DNA of 54,811 nucleotides, taken from contig CAYPOX010000003.1 in NCBI GenBank assembly GCA_964412525.1, positions 1 through 54,811 on the forward strand. The letters run 5' to 3'. Each line of letters starts with the position of its first letter. The stretch's first letter is position 1. A program made the position numbers and the translations under genes. Source of the stretch: an uncultured Caulobacterales bacterium (GTDB lineage: Bacteria > Pseudomonadota > Alphaproteobacteria > Caulobacterales > CAYPOX01). Below the pieces are notes generated by a model. It did not search any database, was not told the origin of the DNA, and saw only the letters and a list, made by a program, of their open reading frames with translations. This document shows, piece after piece, positions 9,773-19,269 of this stretch.

Positions 9773-10078
9773 ACGGCTGGGCGCGTCATGCCTCCATTCG
9801 AGGCGCCAGACGGGCCGCCAACCACGTTTGGCGGCGCCACGCCGCAAGCCGGACATCACTTTTCCCTCGCTGAATGCGCGTCAACACGTTAACGTCGCAA
9901 TGCGGGCGGCCGGAATACGCCTGATGGATTGATTTGCCTAATCGCGTGCGACGCGCGCGGATTGCGGTCGGCTCCTGATGCATTGACGGCCTTTGTGCGG
10001 GCGAAGCTCGCGAAATGGCGCGCCGACTGTCGCTCGCCCGCTCGACGGATCGGCGCGCATCGCCATCAGGAGACCATT

Positions 10079-10288
10079 ATGGCGACGGGTGTCGTGAAGT
10101 TTTTCGACCAAACCAAGGGGTTCGGTTTCATCAAGCCGGATGACGGCGGCAAGGACGTGTTCGTGCACATCTCCGCCGTGCAGGCGTCTGGACTGCCGCC
10201 GCTTACAGACGGACAAAAAGTCTCGTTCGACACGGAACCGGATCGCCGGGGCAAAGGCCCGAAAGCCGTCAATCTGAAGCTGGCGTAA
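10079..10288 (+). CDS. cspA: cold-shock protein (CspA family)
   Basis: [34 protein letters not shown] carries the RNP1/RNP2 motifs. 69 aa. AGGAGA Shine-Dalgarno upstream, and a long leader upstream as is usual for csp genes. Confidence 0.95.
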   Translation: MATGVVKFFDQTKGFGFIKPDDGGKDVFVHISAVQASGLPPLTDGQKVSFDTEPDRRGKGPKAVNLKLA

Positions 10289-10419
10289 GGCGAACCGATC
10301 GACCGCCCGCCGCCCCGCGTCGGCTGAAATCGTTGACGCCTGTTAACGAATTGATGAGACTCTCGGCTTAAATATGGAGGGATCGTGAAATTGCAGCACG
10401 CGATCGGGCGAGTCGCATT

Positions 10420-10641
10420 ATGACCATTGATTCTTGTTTCGATATTCGAAAGCGCGATGACGGCGACTGGGAATGGCGCGCTTACGCGGCGGACGGTTCA
10501 CTGCTCGCGCAGGGCGGCGGCTTCAAGAACCGAGAAGCCGCAGAAAAAGACGCGTTGGACGTTCTTGAAAACCTTCCGGGGCATTCGGCCCCTGACGAGA
10601 GCGTGTACGGCGTCGCCTATCAGCCGAGCTGGACCCCTTAG
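10420..10641 (+). CDS. YegP/DUF1508-like small protein
   Basis: 73 aa. DGDWEWRAYAADGSLLAQGGGFKNREAAEKDALDVLENL follows the DUF1508 pattern (W-x-F/W-R-L/A-x-A-x-N/D-G-x-hydrophobic, ...s.eaa..gi). Ends with TAG. Confidence 0.55.
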   Translation: MTIDSCFDIRKRDDGDWEWRAYAADGSLLAQGGGFKNREAAEKDALDVLENLPGHSAPDESVYGVAYQPSWTP

Positions 10642-10716
10642 CGGCGCGCTTACCGCTCGCAATATCGCCGGCGCCGCGCTATATCCCGCCCTCGCCGCAC
10701 AGGAGAGGATGAACCT

Positions 10717-10794
10717 ATGGCGTTTGCATTACTTGGCGCGTTTATCGTCGTTTTCGCGTTGTTGAACCTGATTGAGTTCCGTCGGATCGACTGA
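10717..10794 (+). CDS. candidate 25-aa hydrophobic peptide (MAFALLGAFIVVFALLNLIEFRRID)
   Basis: ATG lies 8 nt after AGGAGAGG. It has a single TM-like helix with a charged tail. It ends 9 nt before the GTG start of the antiporter gene. Too short for statistical support. Confidence 0.3.
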   Translation: MAFALLGAFIVVFALLNLIEFRRID

Positions 10795-10803
10795 CGGCGG
10801 ATC

Positions 10804-11781
10804 GTGCTTTTCGACATTGGAGCCTTCATCGCCGGCCTCGTGATGCTGATCGCCGGGGGGGAGGCGCTTGTCCGCGGCGCAGTGGCGCTAGGGCGCGCCA
10901 TGCGCGTGCCCTCACTGTTGGTGGGGCTGACCGTGGTGGCTTTCGGCACGTCGGCGCCGGAACTGGTCGTATCGATCAACGCGGTCATCCGTGACGCCGC
11001 GGGCGTCGCTTACGGCAATATAGTCGGCTCCAACATCGCCAATGTCGGTTTGGCGTTAAGCCTTCCGGCGCTCATCCACCCTGTTCAGCCACCGCAAAAG
11101 GGCGCCGCGCGCAGCGCCACGGCGATGCTCGTAAGCAGCCTAATATTCGCTGCGTTCATGCTGTTCACAGGCGGCGTGACCGGGGTGTCCGGCGCGATTT
11201 TGATCGCGGGTCTGATCGTTTATCTGGCCGTCCTCTGGCGAGATGCGCGCTCTGGAGATGCGCCTCCAGAGCTCGCCGAATTGGAGGACGACGCGCCCGC
11301 CGACCATGGACCGCGATTGAAAATGGCGGGCTATCTGTTGTTCGGGCTGGTGGCGCTGCCGCTCGGCTCCGATTGGCTGGTCACGGCGGCGATCAATCTG
11401 GCGTCGGATGTCGGCGTCAGCGATGAGGTGATCGGCTTGACGGCTGTGGCCGTCGGTACGTCTCTTCCGGAAATCGCGACGGTGACCGCCTCGGCCCTCA
11501 AGCGCGAATCCGGCCTGACGCTCGGCAATGTCATGGGCTCCAACATCTTCAACGTTCTGGCGGTGGGCGGCGGTCTTGGCGTCGCCGCACAGGCGGCGGG
11601 AAAGACCGCGTCGACGCCGCTGGGCTTTCAATGGGATTTGGGCGCCATGCTCGCCATGGTGGCGCTTTGCGCCGTCGCAGTTTATGTCCGGCGCCCTCTC
11701 GGGCGGGTCGTCGGCGTCAGCCTGCTCGCTTTGTTTTGCGTCTATGTGGTTTCTGTCGGCATACGGAGCTTCAGCGCATGA
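10804..11781 (+). CDS. calcium/sodium (CaCA family, YrbG-like) antiporter
   Basis: Two alpha-repeat motifs (GLTVVAFGTSAPELVVS and GLTAVAVGTSLPEIATV) and about 10 TM segments. 325 aa. Confidence 0.9.
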   Translation: MLFDIGAFIAGLVMLIAGGEALVRGAVALGRAMRVPSLLVGLTVVAFGTSAPELVVSINAVIRDAAGVAYGNIVGSNIANVGLALSLPALIHPVQPPQKGAARSATAMLVSSLIFAAFMLFTGGVTGVSGAILIAGLIVYLAVLWRDARSGDAPPELAELEDDAPADHGPRLKMAGYLLFGLVALPLGSDWLVTAAINLASDVGVSDEVIGLTAVAVGTSLPEIATVTASALKRESGLTLGNVMGSNIFNVLAVGGGLGVAAQAAGKTASTPLGFQWDLGAMLAMVALCAVAVYVRRPLGRVVGVSLLALFCVYVVSVGIRSFSA

Positions 11782-12551
11782 CGGCCCAACCCGTTTTTGA
11801 GCGGAAGGTCGCCTTGATCACGGGCGGGGCCAAGCGATTGGGCCGCGCCATGGCGGAGGGGCTCGCCCAAGACGGCTGGCGCATTGTCCTCCACTATCGC
11901 GGGTCTCGTGGCGACGCCGATGATTTGGTGACCGCCATATGCGGAGCCGGCGGTCAGGCCGCCGCGCTCTCGGCGGATCTGTCGAGCGAAGCGGAAACCG
12001 CCGAGCTCGCCCGCCGCGCCGCCGAGCCGTTCGGACCGCTCGATTTGCTCGTCAACAACGCATCGATTTTTGAGCATGACGACGCGTTCACCTGCGAACG
12101 GGCGGACTGGGACCGCCATATGGAGACCAATCTCCGCGCGCCCTTCGTGCTGTCCCAAGCCTTTGCGCGCCATCGACCGCAAGGGGACGCCCTGATCGTC
12201 AACATGCTGGACCAGCGGGTTTGGAAGCTGACGCCTCAGTTTTTAAGCTACACCCTTTCCAAAGCCGCCTTGTGGACCCTGACGCAGACCTTGGCTCAGG
12301 CGTTCGGCCCCCTAGGCGTCCGCGTCAATGGAATCGGACCCGGCCCCACCATGAGAAACGCGCGCCAGTCGCCGGATGATTTCGCAGAGCAGAGTCGCGC
12401 CACGATCCTTGAACGCGGCGCGACGCCCCACGACGTCGTCAACGCGCTGCGCTTTCTGATCTCAAACTCTTCCGTCACCGGACAGATGATCGCCGTCGAT
12501 GCGGGCCAACACTTGGCCTGGCGCACGCCGGACGTGACGGTGCCCGAATGA
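11778..12551 (+). CDS. short-chain dehydrogenase/reductase (pteridine-reductase/FolM-like by context)
   Basis: ATG at 11778 overlaps the antiporter stop (ATGA). Contains VALITGGAKRLGRAMA, NNAS and YTLSKAAL (the YxxxK catalytic motif). It is directly coupled to folB downstream. Confidence 0.85.
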   Translation: MTAQPVFERKVALITGGAKRLGRAMAEGLAQDGWRIVLHYRGSRGDADDLVTAICGAGGQAAALSADLSSEAETAELARRAAEPFGPLDLLVNNASIFEHDDAFTCERADWDRHMETNLRAPFVLSQAFARHRPQGDALIVNMLDQRVWKLTPQFLSYTLSKAALWTLTQTLAQAFGPLGVRVNGIGPGPTMRNARQSPDDFAEQSRATILERGATPHDVVNALRFLISNSSVTGQMIAVDAGQHLAWRTPDVTVPE

Positions 12552-12964
12552 CCGGCCTCGCCTCTTCAGACGCACCCAATCTTGACGGAGAGCGCGCAAT
12601 CATCGTGCGTGACCTTGATGCGCCCGCGCGCCTGGGCGTCCATCCGCACGAGAAGAACGGACCGCAATTGGTGCGGATCAATCTGCAAATTGCGGTCGTC
12701 GACGCGACCTTTGAGGATCGGATTGATCACGTCACCGACTATGAAACGCTGGTCGCCGACATCCGCAAGGTCGCGCTCAAGGCGCATATCGCGTTGGTGG
12801 AGACTCTGGCCGAACGTGTCATGGGCGTGTGCTTCGATCGTCCTGAAGTGCGCGCCGTTCGGGTTCGGATCGAAAAATTGGAGGCGATCGAGGATTGCGG
12901 CGGCGTCGGAGTGGAGATGTTTCGCCGACGCGGGCCCAGTTCGCTTCGGTCATCCGGCATCTGA
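12548..12964 (+). CDS. folB: dihydroneopterin aldolase family protein
   Basis: ATGA overlap with the SDR gene. Contains RLGVHPHEKNGPQLVRINLQIAV...DYETLVADIRKVA...ALVETLAERV...VRVRIEKL, typical of FolB. Confidence 0.8.
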   Translation: MTGLASSDAPNLDGERAIIVRDLDAPARLGVHPHEKNGPQLVRINLQIAVVDATFEDRIDHVTDYETLVADIRKVALKAHIALVETLAERVMGVCFDRPEVRAVRVRIEKLEAIEDCGGVGVEMFRRRGPSSLRSSGI

Positions 12965-13249
12965 GTTGTGCACACGCCCCGCTTTCGCCGCATCGGCTTG
13001 ACCAAAAGCGCCCGCGAGTCAATCGCATCATCGTGCGTGGCATGGTGGCGCAAGACTAAGTCATTGATTCTTCAACAGTTCAACAATCGACGCATCAAGA
13101 GTCATTCGAGGCGAGATCCTTGGAATCTCCTAGGGTTCCGACGGATCGACCGGTGTTTGTCGACATTGTTATCCACAGCTTGGCGCCTCAATTGGAAGAC
13201 CGCGCGCGGATTCGACGATGTGGCAACAAGTTAACTTCGATCGTCCGAT

Positions 13250-15115
13250 ATGAGAGAAATGGAAGACAAGCCGCGGCGCGGCGTCGATGTCGTCAAAGCG
13301 CATTTGAAGACGCTGCCCGCCAAGCCCGGCGTCTATCGGATGTACGACGCCGACGGCGCGCTGCTCTATGTCGGCAAGGCGAAAAACCTCAAGGCGCGGG
13401 TCGCGAGCTACGCCACGCTTGCAGGGCACAACAACCGCATCGCCACGATGATCGACTCCATTCGATCGATGGAGTTCACCATCACAAATGCGGAAACCGA
13501 GGCGTTGCTCCTTGAAGCGAACCTGATCAAGCGCTTGCGGCCGCGTTTCAACGTCATCCTGCGCGACGACAAGTCGTTTCCCCTGATCCTCATCGCGCGC
13601 GACCATTGGGCGCCTCAGATCCTCAAGCATCGCGGCGCCAAGGCGCGCCCAGGCGACTATTTCGGCCCCTTCGCCTCGGCGGGATCGGTCAATCGCACGC
13701 TCAACACGCTGCAAAAGGCCTTTCTGCTGCGCACATGCTCCGACAGCGTGTTCGAGACGCGCACCCGTCCCTGTTTGTTGCATCAAATCAAACGCTGCGC
13801 GGCCCCCTGCGTCGGCTATGTCAGCGAGGCCGCCTATGGGGAACTTGTGTCGCAAGCGAGGGATTTTCTCAGTGGGCGGAGCGGAAATCTCCGTAAACGG
13901 CTGATTTCGGAGATGGAAGAGGCCGCCCAATCCGAAGCCTTCGAACGCGCGGCGCGCTTGCGGGACCGGATTCGCGCCCTCGCCGCCATTCAGGCGAACC
14001 AAGACATCAATTTAGAGGATCTTCCCGAAGCGGACGTTTTCGCGGTGGCGGCCGCAGGCGGCGCGTCTTGCGTTCAAGCCTATTTCTACCGTGCTGGCCA
14101 GAATTGGGGCAATCGCGCGTATTTCCCCAAACATGAACGAGATGCGGACGAGAAAGCGGTTCTGTCCGCATTTCTCGCGCAATTCTATGATGACCGGGAC
14201 CCACCGAAACTGATCCTTCTCGACCGAGACGTTCCGGATGCAGACCTTCTCTCCGAAGCGCTGACCGTCCGCGCCGGGCGCAAAGTGCAGCTTCTCGCGC
14301 CCCAGCGCGGACGCAAACGCGCTTTGGTGCAAAACGCGGGGGACAATGCGCGCGAAGCGCTCGGTCGGAAGCTGGCCGAAACGGACAGCCAACGCCGTCT
14401 CTTGGATCAGGTTCGCGACGTTTTCGGGCTGGAGGAGACGCCGGAACGGATCGAAATCTATGACAACAGCCATATCCAAGGCACCGATCCCGTCGGCGCC
14501 ATGGTGGTGGCCGGCCCGGACGGATTCGACAAGCGCGCCTATCGAAAGTTCAACATGAAGGCGGCGGACCTGTCGCCGGGCGACGACTACGCGATGATGC
14601 GCGCCATGCTGACCCGACGCTTCAAGCGGATCGGCGGCCCAGACGCCACGGACGCGTCGACGGCGGCCCCGGATCTGATCCTGATCGACGGAGGGCCCGG
14701 CCAGTTGTCCGCCGCTCTGGGCGTGATGGTCGAAGCCGGAGTCGAAAGTCTTCCTGTCGTCGCAATCGCCAAAGGGCCTGACCGCGACGCAGGCCGAGAA
14801 CGCTTTTTCATGCCAGGCCGGGAGGCGTTCGGACTTGACCCGAAAAGTCCCGCTTTGTTCTTCCTCCAAAGGCTTCGCGACGAAGCGCACCGTTTCGCCA
14901 TCGGGGCGCACACCGCCAAGCGGAAGAAGCGAGCCGGTGCAAACCCCTTGGACGATGTCCCTGGTGTGGGCGCGAAGCGAAAATCGGCCCTCCTTCGCCA
15001 TTTCGGATCCGCACGTTCGGTCGCCCGAGCGGGCATGGAGGATCTGGAGTCGGTGGACGGCGTCAGCCGGGAGCTCGCCCAGCGCATCTACGACCATTTC
15101 CACGGGGGCGCGTGA
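13250..15115 (+). CDS. uvrC: excinuclease ABC subunit C
   Basis: GIY-YIG domain (PGVYRMYDADGALLYVGKAKNLKARVASY), UVR domain, endonuclease V-like domain and a C-terminal HhH. 621 aa. Confidence 0.95.
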   Translation: MREMEDKPRRGVDVVKAHLKTLPAKPGVYRMYDADGALLYVGKAKNLKARVASYATLAGHNNRIATMIDSIRSMEFTITNAETEALLLEANLIKRLRPRFNVILRDDKSFPLILIARDHWAPQILKHRGAKARPGDYFGPFASAGSVNRTLNTLQKAFLLRTCSDSVFETRTRPCLLHQIKRCAAPCVGYVSEAAYGELVSQARDFLSGRSGNLRKRLISEMEEAAQSEAFERAARLRDRIRALAAIQANQDINLEDLPEADVFAVAAAGGASCVQAYFYRAGQNWGNRAYFPKHERDADEKAVLSAFLAQFYDDRDPPKLILLDRDVPDADLLSEALTVRAGRKVQLLAPQRGRKRALVQNAGDNAREALGRKLAETDSQRRLLDQVRDVFGLEETPERIEIYDNSHIQGTDPVGAMVVAGPDGFDKRAYRKFNMKAADLSPGDDYAMMRAMLTRRFKRIGGPDATDASTAAPDLILIDGGPGQLSAALGVMVEAGVESLPVVAIAKGPDRDAGRERFFMPGREAFGLDPKSPALFFLQRLRDEAHRFAIGAHTAKRKKRAGANPLDDVPGVGAKRKSALLRHFGSARSVARAGMEDLESVDGVSRELAQRIYDHFHGGA

Positions 15116-15750
15116 CCGATATGCTCCGTTTCCTGCCGAACGCCCTCACTTGGGCGCGGATCGCGCTTGCGCCGCTGGTGGTGGCCGCCGCCGCGGCCGC
15201 GGCCCATGGCTGTGGAGAGGCGTTCGCCCACGCCTGCCCCTCCACAACCTTATTTCAAGGGATCGCATTCAGCCTGTTTGCGGCCACCGGCCTTTTGGAC
15301 GTCGCGGATGGTTGGAGCGCGCGCTTGCTGCGTGCGGAATCCGAGTACGGACGGATGCTTGATCCGGTTGCGGATAAAATCGCCACCGGCGCGGGTCTCC
15401 TTGTCGCCCTGACCTTTGGCGCGCCCGGTCTTTCCGGAGCCGCCTTCCTTGCGCCCGCCACCATCATTTTGGGACGAGATTCGCTCGTGAACGGCATGCG
15501 TGCGGACGCGGCGCGGCGGGGCCGCGACATTCCGCCCTCACGGCTCGCCAAGGCGAAAACGGCCTTGGAGTTCGTGGCCTTGGCGGTCGTGATCGGGGCG
15601 CCGCTCGCGCCGCTGCCGGAGAGGTCGGCCTGGATCGGCTACGCACTCCTTTGGGCCGCGGCGCTGATGGCCGCCGGCACCGGCGCGGCCTATTTCACGT
15701 CGGACATGCGCGCACGGCGACGCTCGCCCCCAAACGACCCTTTGCGCTAG
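15112..15750 (+). CDS. pgsA: CDP-alcohol phosphatidyltransferase (CDP-diacylglycerol--glycerol-3-phosphate 3-phosphatidyltransferase-like)
   Basis: The GTG start overlaps the uvrC stop (GTGA); an alternative ATG lies at 15121. Carries the LPNALTWARI and D-x2-DG-x2-AR...G...D-x3-D signature (DVADGWSARLL...GRMLDPVADK). Ends with TAG. Confidence 0.85.
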   Translation: MTDMLRFLPNALTWARIALAPLVVAAAAAAAHGCGEAFAHACPSTTLFQGIAFSLFAATGLLDVADGWSARLLRAESEYGRMLDPVADKIATGAGLLVALTFGAPGLSGAAFLAPATIILGRDSLVNGMRADAARRGRDIPPSRLAKAKTALEFVALAVVIGAPLAPLPERSAWIGYALLWAAALMAAGTGAAYFTSDMRARRRSPPNDPLR

Positions 15751-15761
15751 TCTGTCCTGCC

Positions 15762-16451
15762 ATGACCGCGCCCGCGCACCTTCTGGTCGTCGATGACGAC
15801 GAGCGCCTGCGAAACCTGATCACGCGCTATCTGCGCGGAGAGGGCTTCCGCGTGACCGCCGCCGCGGACGCCGCAGAGGCGCGCACGCAAATGGGCGCCA
15901 TGCAGTACGATCTCATCGTTCTCGACGTGATGATGCCGGGCGAGTCGGGTCTCGAATTCGCCAGCAGCCTCCGCGCCTTTTCGGACCTGCCTGTTTTGAT
16001 GCTGACCGCCCGGACGTTTCCCGAGGACCGCATCGCCGGCCTGGAGGCGGGCGCCGACGACTATTTGGCGAAGCCCTTCGAACCGCGGGAGTTGGCGTTG
16101 CGCGTCCGCGCGCTCTTGCGCCGGGTCGCGCCGCCCCGGGTCGCCGCGCCGCCAGCCCGCGTGGCCTTCGGGCCCTATCGATTTGACGCCGAAGCGGGCG
16201 TCCTGGAGCGCGACGGCGCGCCGGTGGCCCTCACCGACGCCGAACGCGCCGTCCTGGCGGTTTTGGCGCGGCGTCCCGGGGAGGCGATCAGCCGGCTTCA
16301 ATTGGCGAAAGACGTTGATGCTGAAAACGAGCGCGCGGTCGATGTGCGCGTGGCGCGCCTGCGCCGAAAGATCGAGGACGACGCCCGCGAACCACGACAT
16401 CTCCGAACCGTCCGAGGGGTGGGATACGCGCTCGCCGCGGCTTTCGACTGA
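15762..16451 (+). CDS. OmpR-family response regulator
   Basis: Receiver domain (LLVVDDDERLRNLI...DLIVLDVMMPGESG...LTAR...DDYLAKPF) plus a winged-helix output (RHLRTVRGVGYAL). Confidence 0.9.
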   Translation: MTAPAHLLVVDDDERLRNLITRYLRGEGFRVTAAADAAEARTQMGAMQYDLIVLDVMMPGESGLEFASSLRAFSDLPVLMLTARTFPEDRIAGLEAGADDYLAKPFEPRELALRVRALLRRVAPPRVAAPPARVAFGPYRFDAEAGVLERDGAPVALTDAERAVLAVLARRPGEAISRLQLAKDVDAENERAVDVRVARLRRKIEDDAREPRHLRTVRGVGYALAAAFD

Positions 16452-17740
16452 TGCTGCGTCGTCTCCTCCCAAAGAGCCTTTTTCAGCGCGCGTTCCTCAT
16501 CATCGTGCTGCCGGTCGCCGCCATGCAGGCGATTGTGACATTCGGTTTTTTCGAAAGGCATTGGACCTCCACGACCCAACGATTGGCCGCTTCGGTCGCG
16601 GGCGACGTGGCGTTCGTGATGGAGCTTTGGAAGCGCGGCGACGACGCGGACGCGCTCGCCGCCATGGCCGAGGACGCGGTCGACCTGTCCATGGCCTTTC
16701 GGCCAGGCGAAAGCTTGCCGTCCGGCCCCCGCAACAGCCTAGTTCAGGCGCCCGACGCGTCACTCCGCGCCGAGCTCCGCGCGCGTTTGGACGATCCGTT
16801 CTGGGTCGACGCCACCCGTTACCCCGCTTACGTCGAGATTCGCGTGGCCGTCGACGGCGGCGTGATCCGCTTTCTGATCCTCAAAGACCGCGCATTTGCG
16901 GAGACAGGTTATGTCTTCGTCATTTGGCTGGTCGGGGCCACCCTCACCTTGCTCGCCGTCGCCGCCATTTTCCTTCGCAATCAGGTCAAGCCGATCGTGC
17001 GCCTGGCGCGCGCGGCGGAGGAGTTCGGCAAGGGGCGCGATGTCGAGGGCTTCAAACCCGCAGGCGCGATGGAGGTGCGGCGCGCCGCCGCGGCGTTCAT
17101 CAAAATGCGCGCAAGGATCAAGCGGCACCTCGCCCAAAGGACGGTTTTGCTCGCCGGCGTCGGACATGACCTCCGCACCCCCCTGACACGCCTGAAATTG
17201 GAGCTGGCGATGCTGGGCGATCATCCCGCACGCGCATCCATGGCGGCGGACTTGGAGGACATGGAGCGACTTCTGGAGGATTACCTTGACTTTGCGCGTG
17301 ACCAAACGTCTGCGCCCGCGGAGCCCACGGATCTGACCGCGCTGCTCCAAGAGGCCGCCCTGGAAGCGGCCGCCGAGGGCGCCGTGGTGGAGGTCGACGC
17401 GCCCTCTTCCTTGACCGCGCCGGCGCGCGCGGTCGCCTTGCGTCGATGCGTCGTCAATCTGATCTGCAACGCCGCCCGTCACGCCAAAACCGTCAAAATC
17501 GCCGCCCGCGCCGGGCGCGCACAGGTGGAGATCACCATTGACGACGACGGACCCGGGATCCCGGCGGACATGCGCACAAAAGCCCTCAAGCCGTTCCGAC
17601 AATTGGATGCTAAGGGCTCAGGCGTCGCCGGACTTGGTCTCGCCATCGCTCGCGACATCGCGCTCGCCCATGGCGGCGCATTGACGTTGGAGGACGCACC
17701 GATCGGCGGTTTACGCTGCCGTTTGACTCTCCCGGCGTGA
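16451..17740 (+). CDS. EnvZ-like sensor histidine kinase
   Basis: Its start overlaps the response regulator stop. It has two TM segments, a HAMP domain, an H-box (GVGHDLRTPLTRLKL), an N-box (NLICNAARHA) and G-boxes (DDDGPGIP, GLGLAIARD). Confidence 0.9.
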   Translation: MLRRLLPKSLFQRAFLIIVLPVAAMQAIVTFGFFERHWTSTTQRLAASVAGDVAFVMELWKRGDDADALAAMAEDAVDLSMAFRPGESLPSGPRNSLVQAPDASLRAELRARLDDPFWVDATRYPAYVEIRVAVDGGVIRFLILKDRAFAETGYVFVIWLVGATLTLLAVAAIFLRNQVKPIVRLARAAEEFGKGRDVEGFKPAGAMEVRRAAAAFIKMRARIKRHLAQRTVLLAGVGHDLRTPLTRLKLELAMLGDHPARASMAADLEDMERLLEDYLDFARDQTSAPAEPTDLTALLQEAALEAAAEGAVVEVDAPSSLTAPARAVALRRCVVNLICNAARHAKTVKIAARAGRAQVEITIDDDGPGIPADMRTKALKPFRQLDAKGSGVAGLGLAIARDIALAHGGALTLEDAPIGGLRCRLTLPA

Positions 17741-18340
17741 CGGATCGAGCCGAAGGCCGAGAACTCGACCGCTCGGTCCCTCGAACATCGTGCGAATTTT
17801 TTCGTCTAAAGCCGCCATGGTTTTCGATTGGCCTTCATCGTCGAACACCCAAACGCGCAACACCGCTTCGAAGGTGGAGCTAAGCCGCCGAACCCGGAGG
17901 GCGCCGCGCCATCCGCCGGCGGATACGCCGGACGCCTCAAGCGCGAGACGTGCGAAACGCACCATGGCGCGGAGCACGGGAGCCGCGGCGCTCACCTCCC
18001 AACGCAGGTCGCGAAGCGCCGCCGCCATGGCCGCTTTTTCCCCCTTCATCGCGTCAAAACGCGCCATCACGATTTCAAACAATCGGTCGCGAACCGGGTC
18101 ATGGGGGCCAAAATCTCCGGAGGCGGCCAACATCGCCTGGTCGAGACGCGCGCCATAGAGATCGAGAAGATCCGCAGGAGCCGACACGTCGGGCGGAAGC
18201 TCCGCCAAAGGCTTGCCCGCGCGCTCAGCGATCGCGCGAAGAGTGAGGCCGCGCCAGCCCTCTTGGCCCGCCAAGTCCAACGCCGCGTCCAAAAAGGCGT
18301 CCGCCGCCGAACTGTCTTTCGTCGTCATCATCACCTCCAA
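17711..18340 (-). CDS. TetR-fold protein (TetR/AcrR regulator or COQ9-like)
   Basis: N-terminus FLDAALDLAGQEGWRGLTLRAIAERAG is HTH-like. The C-terminal VWVFDDEGQSKTMAALDEKI resembles the COQ9 / rpsU-divergently-transcribed family. The family assignment is uncertain. Confidence 0.6.
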   Translation of the reverse strand: MEVMMTTKDSSAADAFLDAALDLAGQEGWRGLTLRAIAERAGKPLAELPPDVSAPADLLDLYGARLDQAMLAASGDFGPHDPVRDRLFEIVMARFDAMKGEKAAMAAALRDLRWEVSAAAPVLRAMVRFARLALEASGVSAGGWRGALRVRRLSSTFEAVLRVWVFDDEGQSKTMAALDEKIRTMFEGPSGRVLGLRLDPSRRESQTAA

Positions 18341-18423
18341 GCGCGCTTCCCAAAGTCGAACCGCATTTCGACTCGGATCCCAATGCAGGCCCGTGGCCCG
18401 CGGTGCGGCGCTGCTCCCAGAGA

Positions 18424-18927
18424 TTATGCTTCGCCGACGGTCTCAAACAAGGCGGCGTCCAGCGCGTCGCGGGGCGACTTGCCGGCCCAGACGAGAAAGT
18501 TGAAGGCGGAATGGAACCGTTCGCAGGCGTCGCGCGCCGCGTCGATCACCTGGAGCGCCTGCGGCGCCGTGAAGTGAGCCCCGCCACCCAACGACACGCT
18601 GTGCCGATGGACCAAAATGCCGTTGTCGGACCAAATGTCGAAATTGCCGACAAGAAGACGCTCATTCACCATCACGACGAGCTTGGCCGCCGCGTCAAAC
18701 CGGTTCGAAGGGATCTTCAAATCGAAGCTGGTGCATAGGAGCAGCGTTTCGATTTCGGGGCGCCAGGTGACGAAAACCTGGATATCGCAGGCCGAGCCCG
18801 AGTAGAGCAACCGGATCTCGTCCTCATCGAAACGTTCATATTCGGCGTTGGTTTCGATCGCCGCTCGCTCCACGGCTTCCAAAGGGTCCGCGACGGCGAC
18901 TTCGTGGTCGAGTGCGCTGGTCCGCAT
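18424..18927 (-). CDS. YbjN-domain protein (putative chaperone-like/sensory transduction regulator family)
   Basis: 167 aa. The pattern ...IRLLYSGSACDIQVFVTW...LLLCTSFDLKIP...AAAKLVVMVNERLLVGNFDIW is typical of YbjN/DUF1790-like proteins in alphaproteobacteria. Confidence 0.7.
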   Translation of the reverse strand: MRTSALDHEVAVADPLEAVERAAIETNAEYERFDEDEIRLLYSGSACDIQVFVTWRPEIETLLLCTSFDLKIPSNRFDAAAKLVVMVNERLLVGNFDIWSDNGILVHRHSVSLGGGAHFTAPQALQVIDAARDACERFHSAFNFLVWAGKSPRDALDAALFETVGEA

Positions 18928-19023
18928 GGGGCGCCTCCTTCATGTTCGCGTGCGGGCGTTCGCCGCCCGCCAAGGGCAACCTAATGGTCGTGAGAGATTC
19001 GAGCAAACGCCATTCGGCGCTGT

Positions 19024-19269
19024 TCAGCCCTTCTTGGCCTCGAGTTCGTCGACTCGGGCTTCCAGAGCCTCTACGCGCGCCAAGGCGTCCCGCGCCAGGT
19101 CCGCCATCGCGTCATATTCTTCTCGCGTCACGACGTCCAAGCGGGCCAGGATCCGCTCGGCCTGGGAACGCGCCAAAGCGTCCGCCTCTCGGGCGACGCC
19201 CCGCGCCATGTCCGCGGCGGACAAGGCGGCCTGCGCAAGATCGTCCAAAAACGGATTTCGTGTCTGCAT
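19024..19269 (-). CDS. ubiK: UbiK-family ubiquinone biosynthesis accessory factor (BMFP/DUF526)
   Basis: 81 aa. MQTRNPFLDDLAQ...RILARLDVVTREEYDAMADLARDALARVEALEARVDELE matches the UbiK coiled-coil signature. Confidence 0.75.
   Translation of the reverse strand: MQTRNPFLDDLAQAALSAADMARGVAREADALARSQAERILARLDVVTREEYDAMADLARDALARVEALEARVDELEAKKG

Noticed and set aside
13071-13085. Direct repeat TTCAACA-G-TTCAACA upstream of uvrC as a possible alphaproteobacterial LexA (SOS) box.
   Set aside because: The alphaproteobacterial SOS box is GTTC-N7-GTTC. Here the spacing between the TTC/GTTC cores is only 4 nt, so it does not fit.
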